Shown piece by piece: positions 61,650 to 64,000 of a stretch of 64,000 bases of DNA (its first letter is position 1; the number at the start of each line of letters is the position of its first letter). Source of the stretch: an uncultured delta proteobacterium (GTDB lineage: Bacteria; Desulfobacterota; BSN033; UBA1163). The notes under the pieces are model-generated. The model did no database searches. It saw only the letters and a list, made by a program, of their open reading frames with translations, and was not told the DNA's origin. Both the position numbers and the translations under genes were made by a program. The stretch spans positions 448,001-512,000 of the forward strand of contig CAWHBU010000006.1 in assembly GCA_963827685.1 (NCBI GenBank). The letters run 5' to 3'.

Positions 61650-62548
61650 TTCTTCCCTTCTTTTGGTTTCACCTCCTTTTTCTCCTCTTCAGTCCACAGC
61701 TTCTCATTGACGAGCACCTTGGCTTTCGATTTTGCTTCCTTCACATATTCAAGATAGGCGTCCTGCCTTTTCTTCGGCTGGAGAAAAAAGTGGATCCTTT
61801 CTTTGACTTGATTCAGGGGCCTCAAGGTGCTCCCCCGCATATCTTCCAATCGGATGATATGGTATCCATAGGGCGTGCTGATCACCTCACTGATCTCCCC
61901 TCTCTTTCTGAGGGAAAAGGCCGCTTCTTCAAACTGAGCAAAGGGAGGGGCCAACTGCCCTCGGCGAATATAGCCAAGATTTCCCCCATCCTCCTTGAAT
62001 TTACCGATATTGTAGGTAGAGGCTAACTTCTCAAAACTTTCACCCTGCGAAAGTTTCGTCACCACTTCCTTCAGAGCAGGCTCCGTATTGACAACAATGT
62101 GACGAATCTTTATCTCCTGCGGTTCCGTAAAAAGGGCTTGGTTCTCTTTATAGTACCGTTGAATCTCCTCATCTGAGACTTCCCCTCTTCCTCTCAATCC
62201 CTCTTCGAGAAGGGCTTCGATGAGGATCGCCCTTCTCGCATCTTCGATCTTAGCCTGAGTTTCTTTATTCTTATCCAGGCCTCTCTTCTTGGCTTCCTGG
62301 TAGAGCACCTCTCGGGGGATCACATAATTTTCGAGAAAATCTCTTGTCCCCTTCTCGCTCAACAACCTCATCTTTCCTTCCAAGGGTTGCTTTTCCAACA
62401 TCTGCTGAAATTCTTCCAGAGAGATGGAGACATTGTTGATCCTGACCAGTTCCTTCTCCCCTAACGCCTTCTCCCCTGATTTCTGACAGCCCGAAATCAA
62501 GAAAGAAAGGGAGAGCAAAATTCCTAAAAAAATCAGTCTCTTCATCAT
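61646..62548 (-). CDS. PpiC-type peptidyl-prolyl isomerase lipoprotein
   Basis: Lipobox ISGC; IRHIVV, GGNLGY, TPYGYHII. Confidence 0.88.
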   Translation of the reverse strand: MMKRLIFLGILLSLSFLISGCQKSGEKALGEKELVRINNVSISLEEFQQMLEKQPLEGKMRLLSEKGTRDFLENYVIPREVLYQEAKKRGLDKNKETQAKIEDARRAILIEALLEEGLRGRGEVSDEEIQRYYKENQALFTEPQEIKIRHIVVNTEPALKEVVTKLSQGESFEKLASTYNIGKFKEDGGNLGYIRRGQLAPPFAQFEEAAFSLRKRGEISEVISTPYGYHIIRLEDMRGSTLRPLNQVKERIHFFLQPKKRQDAYLEYVKEAKSKAKVLVNEKLWTEEEKKEVKPKEGKK

Positions 62549-62762
62549 CGCCCTCACCTTGTGAATCTATCAATAAGCTTATTTCCCCTTCTTTATGGAG
62601 CCCGAAGTCCCCCGTCTAAGGTCGGGACAGGCCGGCCAAAAGCCGTGCCTGCACGCCGAAGTGCCTGCTTTCGCCGTAATGCCTTCTGCAGGTAGGCGTT
62701 ACGGCACGCAGGCGTAGCCTCCCCTGCCGGGGCCAAAAAGGGGCACGATGATATTTACCATA

Positions 62763-64000
62763 TCAAGCCAATGCTTGCAATAGCTTTTTAGCCGCCCCGA
62801 AAGGATCTCGCCTTGCATCAGGCCACCCTTCAATAACCAATTTAGAGTCCGGGGTGAATCGATGCTTACCCTCCCCTTGCTGTACAAGATCCACTACCCT
62901 TTGTGGAGAAACCCGGGTGCTCTCGTCAAAGGTGAGCACAAACTGAGAAGGAGTCTGTTCAAACTTTTTGATCGACATTCTCGTCAGGAGGATTTTCACC
63001 TTGATCACCTCCAGGAGATGATCCACCTCTTTGGGAATCTTCCCAAATCGGTCGATCAGTTCCTCTCGAGTCATCTCCACCTCTTCCTCGGAACGAGAAA
63101 GAGAAAGCCTTCGATAGAGACTCAGTCGCTCTCCCGGATCCTCCACATAGGCCTCCGGAATGAAGGCGGGAAGATGGAAGTGAATCTCCGGAGTAATCTC
63201 TTCGACAACTTCCTCCCCTTTTAATTCCCTGACTGCCTTCTCCATTAATTGGGTGTAGAGTTCAAATCCCACGGCAGTGATGTGCCCGGATTGCGATGGC
63301 CCCAGAAGGTTTCCCGCTCCCCGAATCTCCAAATCTTGAATGGCCAGTTTGAATCCGGAACCCAGCTCACTCAATTCTTGAATCGCCCGGAGCCTTCTCA
63401 TGGCATCGTTGGAAAGGATGAGATCTCCTGGAGTGATAAGATAAGCATAGGCTTGGTGGCTCCCCCGTCCCACCCGGCCACGAATTTGATAGAGGTCTGC
63501 CAGACCAAAACGCTCCGCGTGATTGATCAAGATGGTGTTGGCGGTCGGGATATCCAAACCGGATTCGATGATACTGGTACAGACGAGAAGATTCACTTCC
63601 TTCCTGACGAATTGGAGCATCACCTTCTCCAATTCCCTTTCCCTCATCTGACCATGAGCAATGGCCAGAGAGGCCTCTGGAACAAGCTGTTTCAAATGGT
63701 GAGCGATCGTATGGATGTTTTGAACGCGATGATGGACGAAGAAGACTTGCCCCCCTCGATCGAACTCCCTCTGGATGGCATCTCGGATGACTTCGTCATC
63801 ATAACGGGTCACGAAAGTCCGAATCGACAGGCGATTTTCAGGGGGGGTCTGGATGAGACTGAGATCCCGAATTCCGGAGACAGCCATCTGAAGCGTCCTC
63901 GGAATAGGGGTTGCCGTGAGCGTGATCACATCCACCAATTTTCTCATCTGCTTCAATTTCTCCTTATGGGAGACGCCGAATCGATGCTCCTCATCAATCA
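62763..64000 (-). CDS. mfd: Transcription-repair coupling factor (3' part, runs off the window)
   Basis: DEEHRFGV, TLTATPIPRTL, AHGQM, QIRGRVGR, DLEIRGAGNLLG, TRCF domain. Confidence 0.96.
   Translation of the reverse strand, partial: IDEEHRFGVSHKEKLKQMRKLVDVITLTATPIPRTLQMAVSGIRDLSLIQTPPENRLSIRTFVTRYDDEVIRDAIQREFDRGGQVFFVHHRVQNIHTIAHHLKQLVPEASLAIAHGQMRERELEKVMLQFVRKEVNLLVCTSIIESGLDIPTANTILINHAERFGLADLYQIRGRVGRGSHQAYAYLITPGDLILSNDAMRRLRAIQELSELGSGFKLAIQDLEIRGAGNLLGPSQSGHITAVGFELYTQLMEKAVRELKGEEVVEEITPEIHFHLPAFIPEAYVEDPGERLSLYRRLSLSRSEEEVEMTREELIDRFGKIPKEVDHLLEVIKVKILLTRMSIKKFEQTPSQFVLTFDESTRVSPQRVVDLVQQGEGKHRFTPDSKLVIEGWPDARRDPFGAAKKLLQALA

Overview
64 kb of a Desulfobacterota/Deltaproteobacteria-like anaerobe chromosome (taxon inferred from gene style). 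Core content: a LivK-type binding protein; a frameshifted multi-PAS hybrid kinase; a TPP-riboswitch-led, archaeal-style thiamine operon (thi4-thiDN-four-helix-bundle-thiC); a membrane pyrophosphatase; the ffh-rpsP-KH-rimM-trmD-rplS-rnhB-yraN cluster; dapL; tldD; two response regulators; a selenium-utilisation operon with a UGA-containing selD; thiolase-crotonase-etfBA; pdxA; three PpiC/SurA foldases; and the 3' part of mfd. Mobile content: IS200, IS30, two IS630, an IS1202-like element, MITEs, an integron remnant and two attC-type cassettes. The strongest candidates for something new are: (1) a UGA-containing leader ORF with a SECIS-like hairpin and alternative pairings in front of the selenium operon (possible selenocysteine-sensing attenuator); (2) a BamD-LptA fusion protein; (3) about 18 intergenic hairpins built from inverted 7-9-mer tandem repeats, two of which bracket a four-helix-bundle gene; (4) a translationally coupled, AT-rich TIGR04255-like three-gene cassette; (5) an unassigned terminator/antiterminator leader before the PAS kinase. 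All calls were made by eye; no searches or folding programs were run.
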